This document shows positions 56,195-64,000 of a stretch of 64,000 nucleotides of DNA, one piece after another. The translations under genes and the position numbers were made by a program. Origin of the DNA: a virus. Numbering within the stretch: position 1 is the stretch's first letter; each line of letters starts with the position of its first letter. The notes beneath the pieces are model-generated. The model worked only from the letters and a program-made list of their open reading frames with translations. It was not told the origin of the DNA and ran no database searches. The stretch is taken from IMG/VR virus record IMGVR_UViG_3300032285_003360, positions 1-64,000 of that record; one strand, given 5' to 3'.

Positions 56195-57198
56195 AAAATG
56201 GTTATTAATGCGTAGGTTATCATAATAGATATCCAAATTATTAATGCTTTTAAATATGTCATAAATCCTGTGTGGAAATACTTTTGACCTATTGGTAAAC
56301 ATTTATGTGATGGTGATATCAAATACCCTGCGTATTCTAATGTGAAGAATAAAACAAAGTAATGTAAACCAAACACACTTGTCAATAAGCTAACCATACT
56401 TGCATACTTTGCTGATGAACCTAACAAGAATGATGACAAGAATGATAACACACAAACAATAAGAATGTATTGTGGTTTATTGTATTGTTTAATCACCTCT
56501 TCAATTTGAGCTGAATATGAATTAACTAAGTTACCCAATACGATAACTGCAGCTACAATCCATATCAATTCCCAATTAATGTATTCAAGTAACTTTTTCC
56601 AACTACTTGAATAATATATTAACCATAATGTGAATCCTGTAAAGAATCCAAAGTAATAATCGGTAAAGAACACACACATCATGATTGTTACCAAGAATGG
56701 AATAACAACTAACATAATGTTCTTGGTATTGATTGGTTCATCTTTAACTTCGATATCAATCTCACTATCATCTAACGATATAACGTAGTATGTGATGTAT
56801 AATGCTGATATTAATAACAATGGCCAAATATATGACATAAACTGAACGTATGTTAATCCCAATACGGCCATTGGTATAATCACTGTCTTCTCTAATGGTG
56901 ACCATAGATAATAATGATGCGTTGCAAGATAATCAATGATACCAAACTTTTTACGTTTCTTGTTGTCAACTGGTGCAATACTATTCAACATAGATGCTGA
57001 GATTGCAACACGACCCGGTATTGGTAATATACCACCGAATAACGAAACCAAGAAGACAACCATCTTCTTTGATTTTACTTTTTGCTCTAATAATCTGAAG
57101 ATGTCCATAAGGTATCCCTTTTCTTTAAGGATACCTGTTACGAACATAATGAATATTAGATAAATTAAGAACTCTTGTCCTTTATATAATATTTCCAT
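56191..57198 (-). CDS. Multi-pass inner-membrane transporter (IT-superfamily-like)
   Basis: About 10 hydrophobic segments; GG.LP.PG, YL.SP.H.C. Confidence 0.75.
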   Translation of the reverse strand: MEILYKGQEFLIYLIFIMFVTGILKEKGYLMDIFRLLEQKVKSKKMVVFLVSLFGGILPIPGRVAISASMLNSIAPVDNKKRKKFGIIDYLATHHYYLWSPLEKTVIIPMAVLGLTYVQFMSYIWPLLLISALYITYYVISLDDSEIDIEVKDEPINTKNIMLVVIPFLVTIMMCVFFTDYYFGFFTGFTLWLIYYSSSWKKLLEYINWELIWIVAAVIVLGNLVNSYSAQIEEVIKQYNKPQYILIVCVLSFLSSFLLGSSAKYASMVSLLTSVFGLHYFVLFFTLEYAGYLISPSHKCLPIGQKYFHTGFMTYLKALIIWISIMITYALITIL

Positions 57199-57204
57199 AA
57201 TAGT

Positions 57205-58077
57205 TTAATTAAATTTCCATCCGAAGATTACGAATGTTCTACTTGTTTTATTTGAATTACCAATACCAACCATAGGTTCGATATCAAGATATGCTTTGTT
57301 GTTTAATCTGAATTGCATTGATGGTCCAATTAGATTATCAAAACTTTTATCTAAGTAATTGTTTGTTCTTTCATGTGCATTCGCATATTGGCCAGAGAAA
57401 CCTAATGAGAAGTTTCTACTAAAGATATGTTGATATGAATAGGTTATTTGACCTTCGTTTGTTTTATCTTTATAAGGTGCTAAGTTTCCTTCATATACTA
57501 AGTTAACACTCCATAGATTATTCTTCTTAGGACCGAACGCATCACCTAATAATAACTTAGGTTCAACAACATCGTAACTATTATTTAAATGTTGATACTC
57601 AAAGTATAATGTTGGGTTACCCCACATCTTTCCCCAATCAGCTAAGGCGTATCTAACTTCCCACGATATTCCACGATTTTCAAATGAACCGTTGTTACCA
57701 TCGAATGTTTTTAAACCTAACATGTAAAGGTCTAACTCAAATCTGTGTCCTAAACCAAATGCCAACTCTTCACGAGTTCTCATTTCAGTTCCATTTCTAT
57801 AAGTTCTTAACTCTTGCCAATGTTCAAATGTAACAACGCCCGGTGCGTTCTGAACATAGATTCTTGAGTTAGGTGACTTTCTAAACTCAGACCAATAAGG
57901 TTGTTTGTATTCTCCAACTAAATCTGTTGGTAATGGTGTGAAGCTTTCAATTGTAACTTCATCTAAGACTTTGACGGTGTCTTTGTCAGGTGGTCTTAAT
58001 ACCTTGATGTCTTGCGCAAACGATGTGATTGCAACAAACATAACAGCTAACATTAGCGATAGCTTTTTTGTTCTCAT
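57205..58077 (-). CDS. Outer-membrane beta-barrel protein
   Basis: Sec signal ending SFA-Q; alternating aromatic strands; C-terminal FGWKFN. Confidence 0.75.
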   Translation of the reverse strand: MRTKKLSLMLAVMFVAITSFAQDIKVLRPPDKDTVKVLDEVTIESFTPLPTDLVGEYKQPYWSEFRKSPNSRIYVQNAPGVVTFEHWQELRTYRNGTEMRTREELAFGLGHRFELDLYMLGLKTFDGNNGSFENRGISWEVRYALADWGKMWGNPTLYFEYQHLNNSYDVVEPKLLLGDAFGPKKNNLWSVNLVYEGNLAPYKDKTNEGQITYSYQHIFSRNFSLGFSGQYANAHERTNNYLDKSFDNLIGPSMQFRLNNKAYLDIEPMVGIGNSNKTSRTFVIFGWKFN

Positions 58078-58134
58078 CTTTTTCTATTTTATAAACGTTT
58101 ATTATTATTTATAATATAACAAAAAAAGATGAAA

Positions 58135-58467
58135 TTATAAAATGTGTTTAAGAATAATTGTTAAAGATATTACAATCCATAACGTATTGAAAACGATTAA
58201 AGTAGGTAAAGATTTCTTCATACTTGCCCATATCAATAATGATGATGTGCATAAGGTTAAAAAATGTAACCACCATATTTCTTTACCAAATACTAAACCA
58301 GGAACAATGATTGCAGCTTTAGCCATCCAAGCAGCAAATTCAATTGTGTTGTAGTTTGTCCAATATTCTTTATCGGTATACATTAAAATTTTATTCCATA
58401 TCTTTTGGAATCCAATAAAGTAGAACAAAACAAAAATGAAACAAAAATAAACTAATATATTAATCAC
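58135..58467 (-). CDS. Small multi-TM protein
   Basis: Hydrophobic helices; LPTLI.FNT.W. Confidence 0.7.
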   Translation of the reverse strand: MINILVYFCFIFVLFYFIGFQKIWNKILMYTDKEYWTNYNTIEFAAWMAKAAIIVPGLVFGKEIWWLHFLTLCTSSLLIWASMKKSLPTLIVFNTLWIVISLTIILKHIL

Positions 58468-59980
58468 GGTTGTAAAAATTTTTTAAATAATCATATATGT
58501 TAGGGAACAATTCACAAAGTGAATCAGATTCTCTTTTAATCAATTCAATGCGATGTTCACAAAGTTGTTTATACTTCTCGTGAATTTTCCATTGACAGTT
58601 TTTATAAAAACCCATACCCCATAACCATTGGAACCAGTTAACTGCTCCGAAGATTCTGCCTCTAAACATGTGTGCAGGTGGTTTATGTTCTAACACTTTA
58701 AACTTTTGAATTATCGTATCAGGTAAAAATGTTTTTTCATGAACGTCTCTCCAAAATTGTGTATCTCTTCTTTGACATAAATAGTAATGCGCAATAATAA
58801 AATCACGAATGTCAATCATCATATCGATGTTATCTCTGTTGATTGCATCAATAACTGGTTGACCATATTTTAATCCACTCTTTTCTAATTCAGTAACAAG
58901 TGTAGCCATAATACCTTGGAATGTTGAAATACCAGTTGATTCCATTGGTTCAGCAAATCCACTACTTAATCCACACGCAACCACATTCTTAACAGCAACT
59001 CTTTCACGTGTTCCAATTCTCATTTTAATTTTCATTACCTCACCATTATATCCATCATGGAACTCTCTAAATTCTTTTTCAGCATCTTCATCACTGATAT
59101 GGTTTGATGAATAAACGTAGCCACTTCCAATTCTACTATAGATTGGTGTCTTCCATAACCAACCGCTATTCATCGTATATAAACTCGAATAAGGTGTTAA
59201 TTCTTTTCTCTTATCTTTATATGGAATAGGTGCAACAACTGCTGTGTCGCAAAATAATGAATCTTTGAATGATATGAATGGTTCACCCATTACCGCTTCA
59301 ATTAATGCCGCTCTAAATCCTGAACAATCAATATAGATATCTGCACTATATTTTGATCTATCCATCATTTTTAATTCCTTAACAAAACCAAACGCATCTA
59401 ACTTAACTTCTTTTAAATCAGCTTCAACAATCTTAACACCATTTGGTATTGCTACTTTATCTCTCAATACGTCAGCAAATTTTCTTGCATCAAAGTTGTA
59501 ACTATAAAAACTTTCTAACTTAGATAACTTTGGTGAATAAGAAATGTCTTCTTCAAAGTTTGGACAAATATTCATATCAGCCATCTTCGCTGTTAAATGA
59601 ATGTCATTAATCTTTTTATGGTCGCCTGCGTATTCAGACACCAAGTATTCATGTAAGTTTAAATCATCTGTAATAAAGTGTCTACTTTCATTCTCAACAA
59701 GAACCATGTGTTCACCATCTTCAGACCAATTCATAAACTTACCACCATACTTGTATACCGCATCACATTCATTCATCCATTCACTTTCTTTTAAACCAAG
59801 GAACGACATAAAAGATTGTAAGCTCGCAGTTGAGCTCTCACCAACACCAATGGTTGGGATAAGTTTACTATGTATCAAGGTAATGTCTACTTTACCTTTG
59901 AACATTTTTGACAATAATGATGCAGTCATCATACCAGCAGTTCCACCGCCTAAGATGACAATTTTTTTAACGTCTAACAT
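58460..59980 (-). CDS. Tryptophan-halogenase-family flavoprotein
   Basis: GGGTAG, IGVGES, DCSGF, GWLWKTP (WxWxIP-like), F.EP.EST. Confidence 0.92.
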   Translation of the reverse strand: MLDVKKIVILGGGTAGMMTASLLSKMFKGKVDITLIHSKLIPTIGVGESSTASLQSFMSFLGLKESEWMNECDAVYKYGGKFMNWSEDGEHMVLVENESRHFITDDLNLHEYLVSEYAGDHKKINDIHLTAKMADMNICPNFEEDISYSPKLSKLESFYSYNFDARKFADVLRDKVAIPNGVKIVEADLKEVKLDAFGFVKELKMMDRSKYSADIYIDCSGFRAALIEAVMGEPFISFKDSLFCDTAVVAPIPYKDKRKELTPYSSLYTMNSGWLWKTPIYSRIGSGYVYSSNHISDEDAEKEFREFHDGYNGEVMKIKMRIGTRERVAVKNVVACGLSSGFAEPMESTGISTFQGIMATLVTELEKSGLKYGQPVIDAINRDNIDMMIDIRDFIIAHYYLCQRRDTQFWRDVHEKTFLPDTIIQKFKVLEHKPPAHMFRGRIFGAVNWFQWLWGMGFYKNCQWKIHEKYKQLCEHRIELIKRESDSLCELFPNIYDYLKNFYNRD

Positions 59981-59990
59981 AAATTAAGTT

Positions 59991-60725
59991 TTAAGAACCT
60001 GGTGTGTAAGTTTGTTCAGCGAATCTTGTGTCTCCCGGAATTACTGTTGTATCAAATGGTAATCTTATATTGATAATATCATCCCCATCAGCATCTTTTA
60101 ATTGTTTCACGTATCCTTCTTGTGCGGCAAATAAACTCGCAATAGTTGCATTGTAATTTGTAACAGCAGTCAATACTTGTGAAGCCAATGTGCTAACATC
60201 AGTTCCTCTTGCAGTTGCTAACATAGAAAGCGTTGGTGTTGCTGCAGTATTATCTGCAGTAAACGCAATTGCTTCAGCTTGTTGTGCCGCCCATGTAGCT
60301 TGTTCTTGAGGTGTTTTGTTAACCAACAAATTTTTAAATTGCTGTTTATAATATTCTTGAACTTGTTGAATTCTTAACCAACGAATTGTGTCATATCTAT
60401 CAGATACTTCTTGGTCCGTCATCGGTCTTTTAATTCTAATACCTTTTTGTTTATCAAACTCCTCATCAAAAAATTCAGCTTCTGAAGCAGATGAATATGT
60501 TTTAAATAATCTTGCAGCATCTTTTGTTGCGATATAAAATTGAATTCCGTTCTCAACATAACTTGGTGCTAATCGAATACCGTAACGTTCAGTTATTGAT
60601 ATTGCGATTTGATTAATGTCAGGAACCTTTACGATGTAAAAGTTTTCAGCATATCCAACCATTTCGACACCACTTAATAATGGTGCAACGTCATTTACCG
60701 GAATTCTATAAGCTACTAAGTCCAT
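59991..60725 (-). CDS. Tail fibre assembly-like protein
   Basis: E..TW..Q..EA........TP.L..LA.ARG. Confidence 0.65.
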   Translation of the reverse strand: MDLVAYRIPVNDVAPLLSGVEMVGYAENFYIVKVPDINQIAISITERYGIRLAPSYVENGIQFYIATKDAARLFKTYSSASEAEFFDEEFDKQKGIRIKRPMTDQEVSDRYDTIRWLRIQQVQEYYKQQFKNLLVNKTPQEQATWAAQQAEAIAFTADNTAATPTLSMLATARGTDVSTLASQVLTAVTNYNATIASLFAAQEGYVKQLKDADGDDIINIRLPFDTTVIPGDTRFAEQTYTPGS

Positions 60726-60726
60726 A

Positions 60727-61380
60727 TTATAAATCTATTTGTTTAATTTGTGTTTTGTCAATTATTTTTGCAATGTCCTCATCTGTAACCATATCAAGAT
60801 ATTGCACTTGTTTTTGAACATCTCTTGTTATTCTTGTTGATTCAATTAATGTCTTTTGGAATAAGTCTTCACCCATTTGCATCATTGCTTCTAAGTTACC
60901 TGCACCGATTCTTCCTACTGTCAATACTTCCAATGCTGCTTGAGCACCCATTCTTCTTACCCAATAGTCTTCTTCTAATTGTTCTTGATTATCAATGAAG
61001 TTTTGGACGTCATAATTTTCTTTAAACCAATTGTAAATTCTTTCTAATGATGCGATTTCACTTTGAGTTCTTCCTAATGCTCTTACTGAATTCTCTTGTG
61101 CTGCAGCAAATTTGTCTTTCTCAATTTGATATAATTCTCTTTGTGCAGGCGATGTCTCAACCGCAATTTGTTCATCCAACAATTTTTGTTCTGCAATGTT
61201 TTTTCTTTGGTCTAACTTGATGGTTTCTTCCATTGTTTTTCTAACCTCCAATTCCATCAACACTTGTTTAAATTGTTTGTAAGCACTGTGTTGTGAATTA
61301 ACAACGAATTTATTAATCTGAAATGTGGACATTGAAAACGAAAACTTTTCAAATTCTTCTGGTAATTTATCTGATGTCAT
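60727..61380 (-). CDS. Coiled-coil hypothetical protein
   Basis: MS.FQ...FV...Q...EL; E..YW..R...QA.......GRI..GN. Confidence 0.7.
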   Translation of the reverse strand: MTSDKLPEEFEKFSFSMSTFQINKFVVNSQHSAYKQFKQVLMELEVRKTMEETIKLDQRKNIAEQKLLDEQIAVETSPAQRELYQIEKDKFAAAQENSVRALGRTQSEIASLERIYNWFKENYDVQNFIDNQEQLEEDYWVRRMGAQAALEVLTVGRIGAGNLEAMMQMGEDLFQKTLIESTRITRDVQKQVQYLDMVTDEDIAKIIDKTQIKQIDL

Positions 61381-61429
61381 AATCTTTTAATTTTAGTATA
61401 ATATACATAATTTTATTCAAAAAGTCAAA

Positions 61430-62470
61430 TTAAAATGATGACCACATTGGAGATGCTGAAGATAATGCTCTTGGTGCATCACTAATGTTTACAATAGTAT
61501 CCGTATTATAGTTTTGTCTATCTGTATGTGCATTTTGTGAACCGTTATAACCACCGGCCCAATAGCCGTGATTCTGTCCTAATACACCAGGGTTTTCACC
61601 GTTTGTGATTGTTTGTCTACCTGCACTAACTGTCCAAGTGTTTGTTGATGATGTGAATAAATAAACTGTATATCCATCAGCACCGTTTGTATGTGACGTG
61701 AAACAGTTATTTGTTCCGATGTAATGTTTACCCCATTTACTTGGAACAGCATGTTCAGAGTTACAAGCGTTTACTTGACCTAAATCTAACATATTACTAT
61801 TTGTTGTAATTGATGCAATCGACTCTGATGTCCAATCCATTCTAAAAGTATATTGAGCTCCAGCATCATATGCGGATGTTGCCCAACCGTAATATCTATC
61901 AAACCAACTTGCACCATATCTTCCTGATAAGCCATTACTATTTGTGGCCCAAGTCTCTGTTCCAAATGTTAATATATCCATATTAGCACTACCATTACCT
62001 GTTTGATATGCTTTAGTTCCATATGATGCTAAAGTATTATATGTTCCACCTGCTGTTATAGTGTTAACAGATACATCAAAACCAATACCATGTTGAATTG
62101 ATACAGGACTAGAACCACCGTTGTAGTTTCTATTTGCAATTTGTTGAACTGATTCTGTTGGAAAGTTAACGCGTTGATTATACAACCAAGAACTTTGGTC
62201 GCTTTCAAATACATAACCATTTGTAAACGCTGTCGCCCATCCACCGTATTTTGTTCCGTGTGGTAAAGAGTTTGCAGATGTCGACCAACCGTCTGTTGCA
62301 AATTGTATTTTTGTAATTGCAGTCCAACCCGCACCGCCTTGATAACCGCCACCTAAGAAACCTCTAATTAAATTTAAACCATATAAATAACTTTCCTGAT
62401 AGAAGCCAAATATGTCTCTACTATTCTGTAATAATGCATTTGTAATTGTTACGTCTCCGTTTACTATCAT
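61430..62470 (-). CDS. Kelch-like beta-propeller virion protein
   Basis: G..GGY...W repeats; paralog of the next two genes. Confidence 0.75.
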   Translation of the reverse strand: MIVNGDVTITNALLQNSRDIFGFYQESYLYGLNLIRGFLGGGYQGGAGWTAITKIQFATDGWSTSANSLPHGTKYGGWATAFTNGYVFESDQSSWLYNQRVNFPTESVQQIANRNYNGGSSPVSIQHGIGFDVSVNTITAGGTYNTLASYGTKAYQTGNGSANMDILTFGTETWATNSNGLSGRYGASWFDRYYGWATSAYDAGAQYTFRMDWTSESIASITTNSNMLDLGQVNACNSEHAVPSKWGKHYIGTNNCFTSHTNGADGYTVYLFTSSTNTWTVSAGRQTITNGENPGVLGQNHGYWAGGYNGSQNAHTDRQNYNTDTIVNISDAPRALSSASPMWSSF

Positions 62471-62482
62471 CTATCTATATTT

Positions 62483-63490
62483 TTAACTTAAAACTATTGC
62501 GCCTGATCCACTCCACATCGGTGCACCTGAAGACAATGACCTCGGCGCATCAAATATTTGTCTTATTGTTTCACTACCATAATCAATTCTATCACTATGT
62601 GCATTTTGCACACCACTATAACCACCCGCAAAATACCCGTGGTTTTGTCCCATCACACCCGATTGTTCTGAATTTCCTAATGTTTGTTTATATAATATAC
62701 CAATCCATGTGCTTGTGCTATTTAAAAACTTTGCACAGTTTTGACCAGTTGATGTTCCAACATAATTTTGGTCCCCACACATAAAACATTTACCATCTTT
62801 TGTATTAACTGGTTTTTGCCAATAACCTGGGCTACCAAATCCTGCAACACCACTGTATGTGTTTGTTGTAGATAATACAGCCCAACTTTCAGATGATGTT
62901 GTCATTTTTTGTGTTGTTGTTCCATAGTTAACCCACGAATAATATTTGTCAAACCATCCTGATGTTTCTTGTGTGTCAGGTGCACTACCGCTTGATAATG
63001 CTGCAGCCGTTTCAGTTGCAAACACCCATCTATCCCAATAACCTCCGTTTGCGTAACCACCATGATATGCTTTAGTTCCATAAGCGGTTCCATCTGTGTT
63101 GAATCCAACACCTTCTTGAACTGACCATGGGTTCGCACCACCATAGTTTTTACTTCCACATGTTGAGGTTGTTTCAGCTGCAAAATTAAATTTTTGCATA
63201 CCTGTTGCACTATCTCTTTGTGCATTACCACAATAACCATTCAATGCTGAACTTGACCACGTTCCATATTTTGTTGCATATGGTAATGTGTTTGAAGCTG
63301 TGCTCCAAGCATCAGTTGCATTTGCAATTTTAGTTACAGTATTCCATATAGAACTACTAACATAACCACCGCCAATATATCCTTTTGATAATGTTAATCC
63401 ATGTTTATAATCATCAGTGAAAACTTGTTTTAAAACTGTTCCATTTTTTGATATGGTTCCTGTAAAATTTATATTTCCGTTTACTATCAT
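62483..63490 (-). CDS. Kelch-like beta-propeller virion protein
   Basis: Start MIVNG at 63490 matches the paralog start; shared C-terminus DAPR.LSS..PMWS. Confidence 0.75.
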   Translation of the reverse strand: MIVNGNINFTGTISKNGTVLKQVFTDDYKHGLTLSKGYIGGGYVSSSIWNTVTKIANATDAWSTASNTLPYATKYGTWSSSALNGYCGNAQRDSATGMQKFNFAAETTSTCGSKNYGGANPWSVQEGVGFNTDGTAYGTKAYHGGYANGGYWDRWVFATETAAALSSGSAPDTQETSGWFDKYYSWVNYGTTTQKMTTSSESWAVLSTTNTYSGVAGFGSPGYWQKPVNTKDGKCFMCGDQNYVGTSTGQNCAKFLNSTSTWIGILYKQTLGNSEQSGVMGQNHGYFAGGYSGVQNAHSDRIDYGSETIRQIFDAPRSLSSGAPMWSGSGAIVLS

Positions 63491-63494
63491 AATA

Positions 63495-64000
63495 TTAAAT
63501 TGGTGACCATAATGGTGCAGCTGATGACAATGATCTTGGTGCATCCGAAATATTAACAATGTTGTCAGTATCGTAATATATTTTATCACTATGCGCATTT
63601 TGACCTGTTGATGTATTATAACCACCTGCTAAATAACCATAAGCTTGGCCCATGGTTCCTGAATTTTCACAGTTCTGTAATGTTTGGTTATAATAATTTA
63701 AAGTCCATGTTGCAATGTTATTTCTAAACTGATACATTTTTGTATCAGATGTGCTACCGTCTGTTGTTAAATAAAATTTACCTCTTTTGGAGTTTAACCC
63801 TTTTTCCAAATAACCTGCGCCACCACCCCATCCAAATGTTCTTGGTGTGTTTGTTGTTCCATATGTTGACCACGATTCGGTTGCAAATGTCATGATATAT
63901 GTATTTGAACTATCCCAACCATAACCGTAATCTCTGTCAAACCATGCCGCATGATAAGCTGATTGCATGATACCTGAATTGGTTGTTGATGACCATGTAT
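63495..64000 (-). CDS. Kelch-like beta-propeller virion protein (5' end probably outside the window)
   Basis: Same C-terminal GY.AGGY...QNAH.D...DAPRSLSS block. Confidence 0.75.
   Translation of the reverse strand, partial: TWSSTTNSGIMQSAYHAAWFDRDYGYGWDSSNTYIMTFATESWSTYGTTNTPRTFGWGGGAGYLEKGLNSKRGKFYLTTDGSTSDTKMYQFRNNIATWTLNYYNQTLQNCENSGTMGQAYGYLAGGYNTSTGQNAHSDKIYYDTDNIVNISDAPRSLSSAAPLWSPI

Noticed and set aside
1606-63240. Numerous 60-130 aa antisense or alternate-frame ORFs in the track (e.g. 1606..1797, 22961..23320, 59601..59987, 62902..63240)
   Set aside because: They are nested in better-supported genes and carry no recognisable motifs; treated as shadow ORFs.
61430-64000. Diversity-generating retroelement among the similar C-termini
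   Set aside because: Differences are not adenine-specific and include indels; no reverse transcriptase or template repeat is visible.
1-64000. tRNA, rRNA, CRISPR arrays, transposases, introns or inteins
   Set aside because: None recognised by eye. thyA has extra segments but no intein or homing-endonuclease motifs. tRNAscan and Infernal were not run.

Overview
AT-rich, densely packed, mostly minus-strand segment of a large T4-like (myovirus-type) phage genome. The host is most likely Bacteroidota, inferred from TAnnTTTG (-7) / TTTG (-33) promoters, a Bacteroidota-type lipoprotein and an outer-membrane beta-barrel. Layout: (1) 1-16 kb, a tightly overlapping array of small accessory genes; (2) 16-43 kb, accessory and metabolic genes (DnaA-C HTH, cyclophilin, PaaK-like ligase, peptidoglycan hydrolases, metallophosphoesterase, pyrimidine-dimer glycosylase, HAD nucleotidases, DNA methyltransferases, IscA, two PcfJ proteins, thyA); (3) 43.5-52.8 kb, a + strand glycosylation operon; (4) 52.8-64 kb, a tail-fibre/virion module interleaved with a flavin halogenase, a 2OG-Fe hydroxylase, an inner-membrane transporter and an OM barrel. 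The standout signal is about 28 small, otherwise diverse proteins sharing a terminal peptide tag, x-F-[KRQ]-F-[FL]. It is N-terminal in most of them and C-terminal in those with N-terminal membrane anchors. Payloads include fragments resembling the T4-type major capsid protein gp23 (including the Gol-equivalent region) and RMF-like domains. This suggests a modular 'common tag + variable bait' system. All family assignments are from motif recognition by eye; no searches were run.
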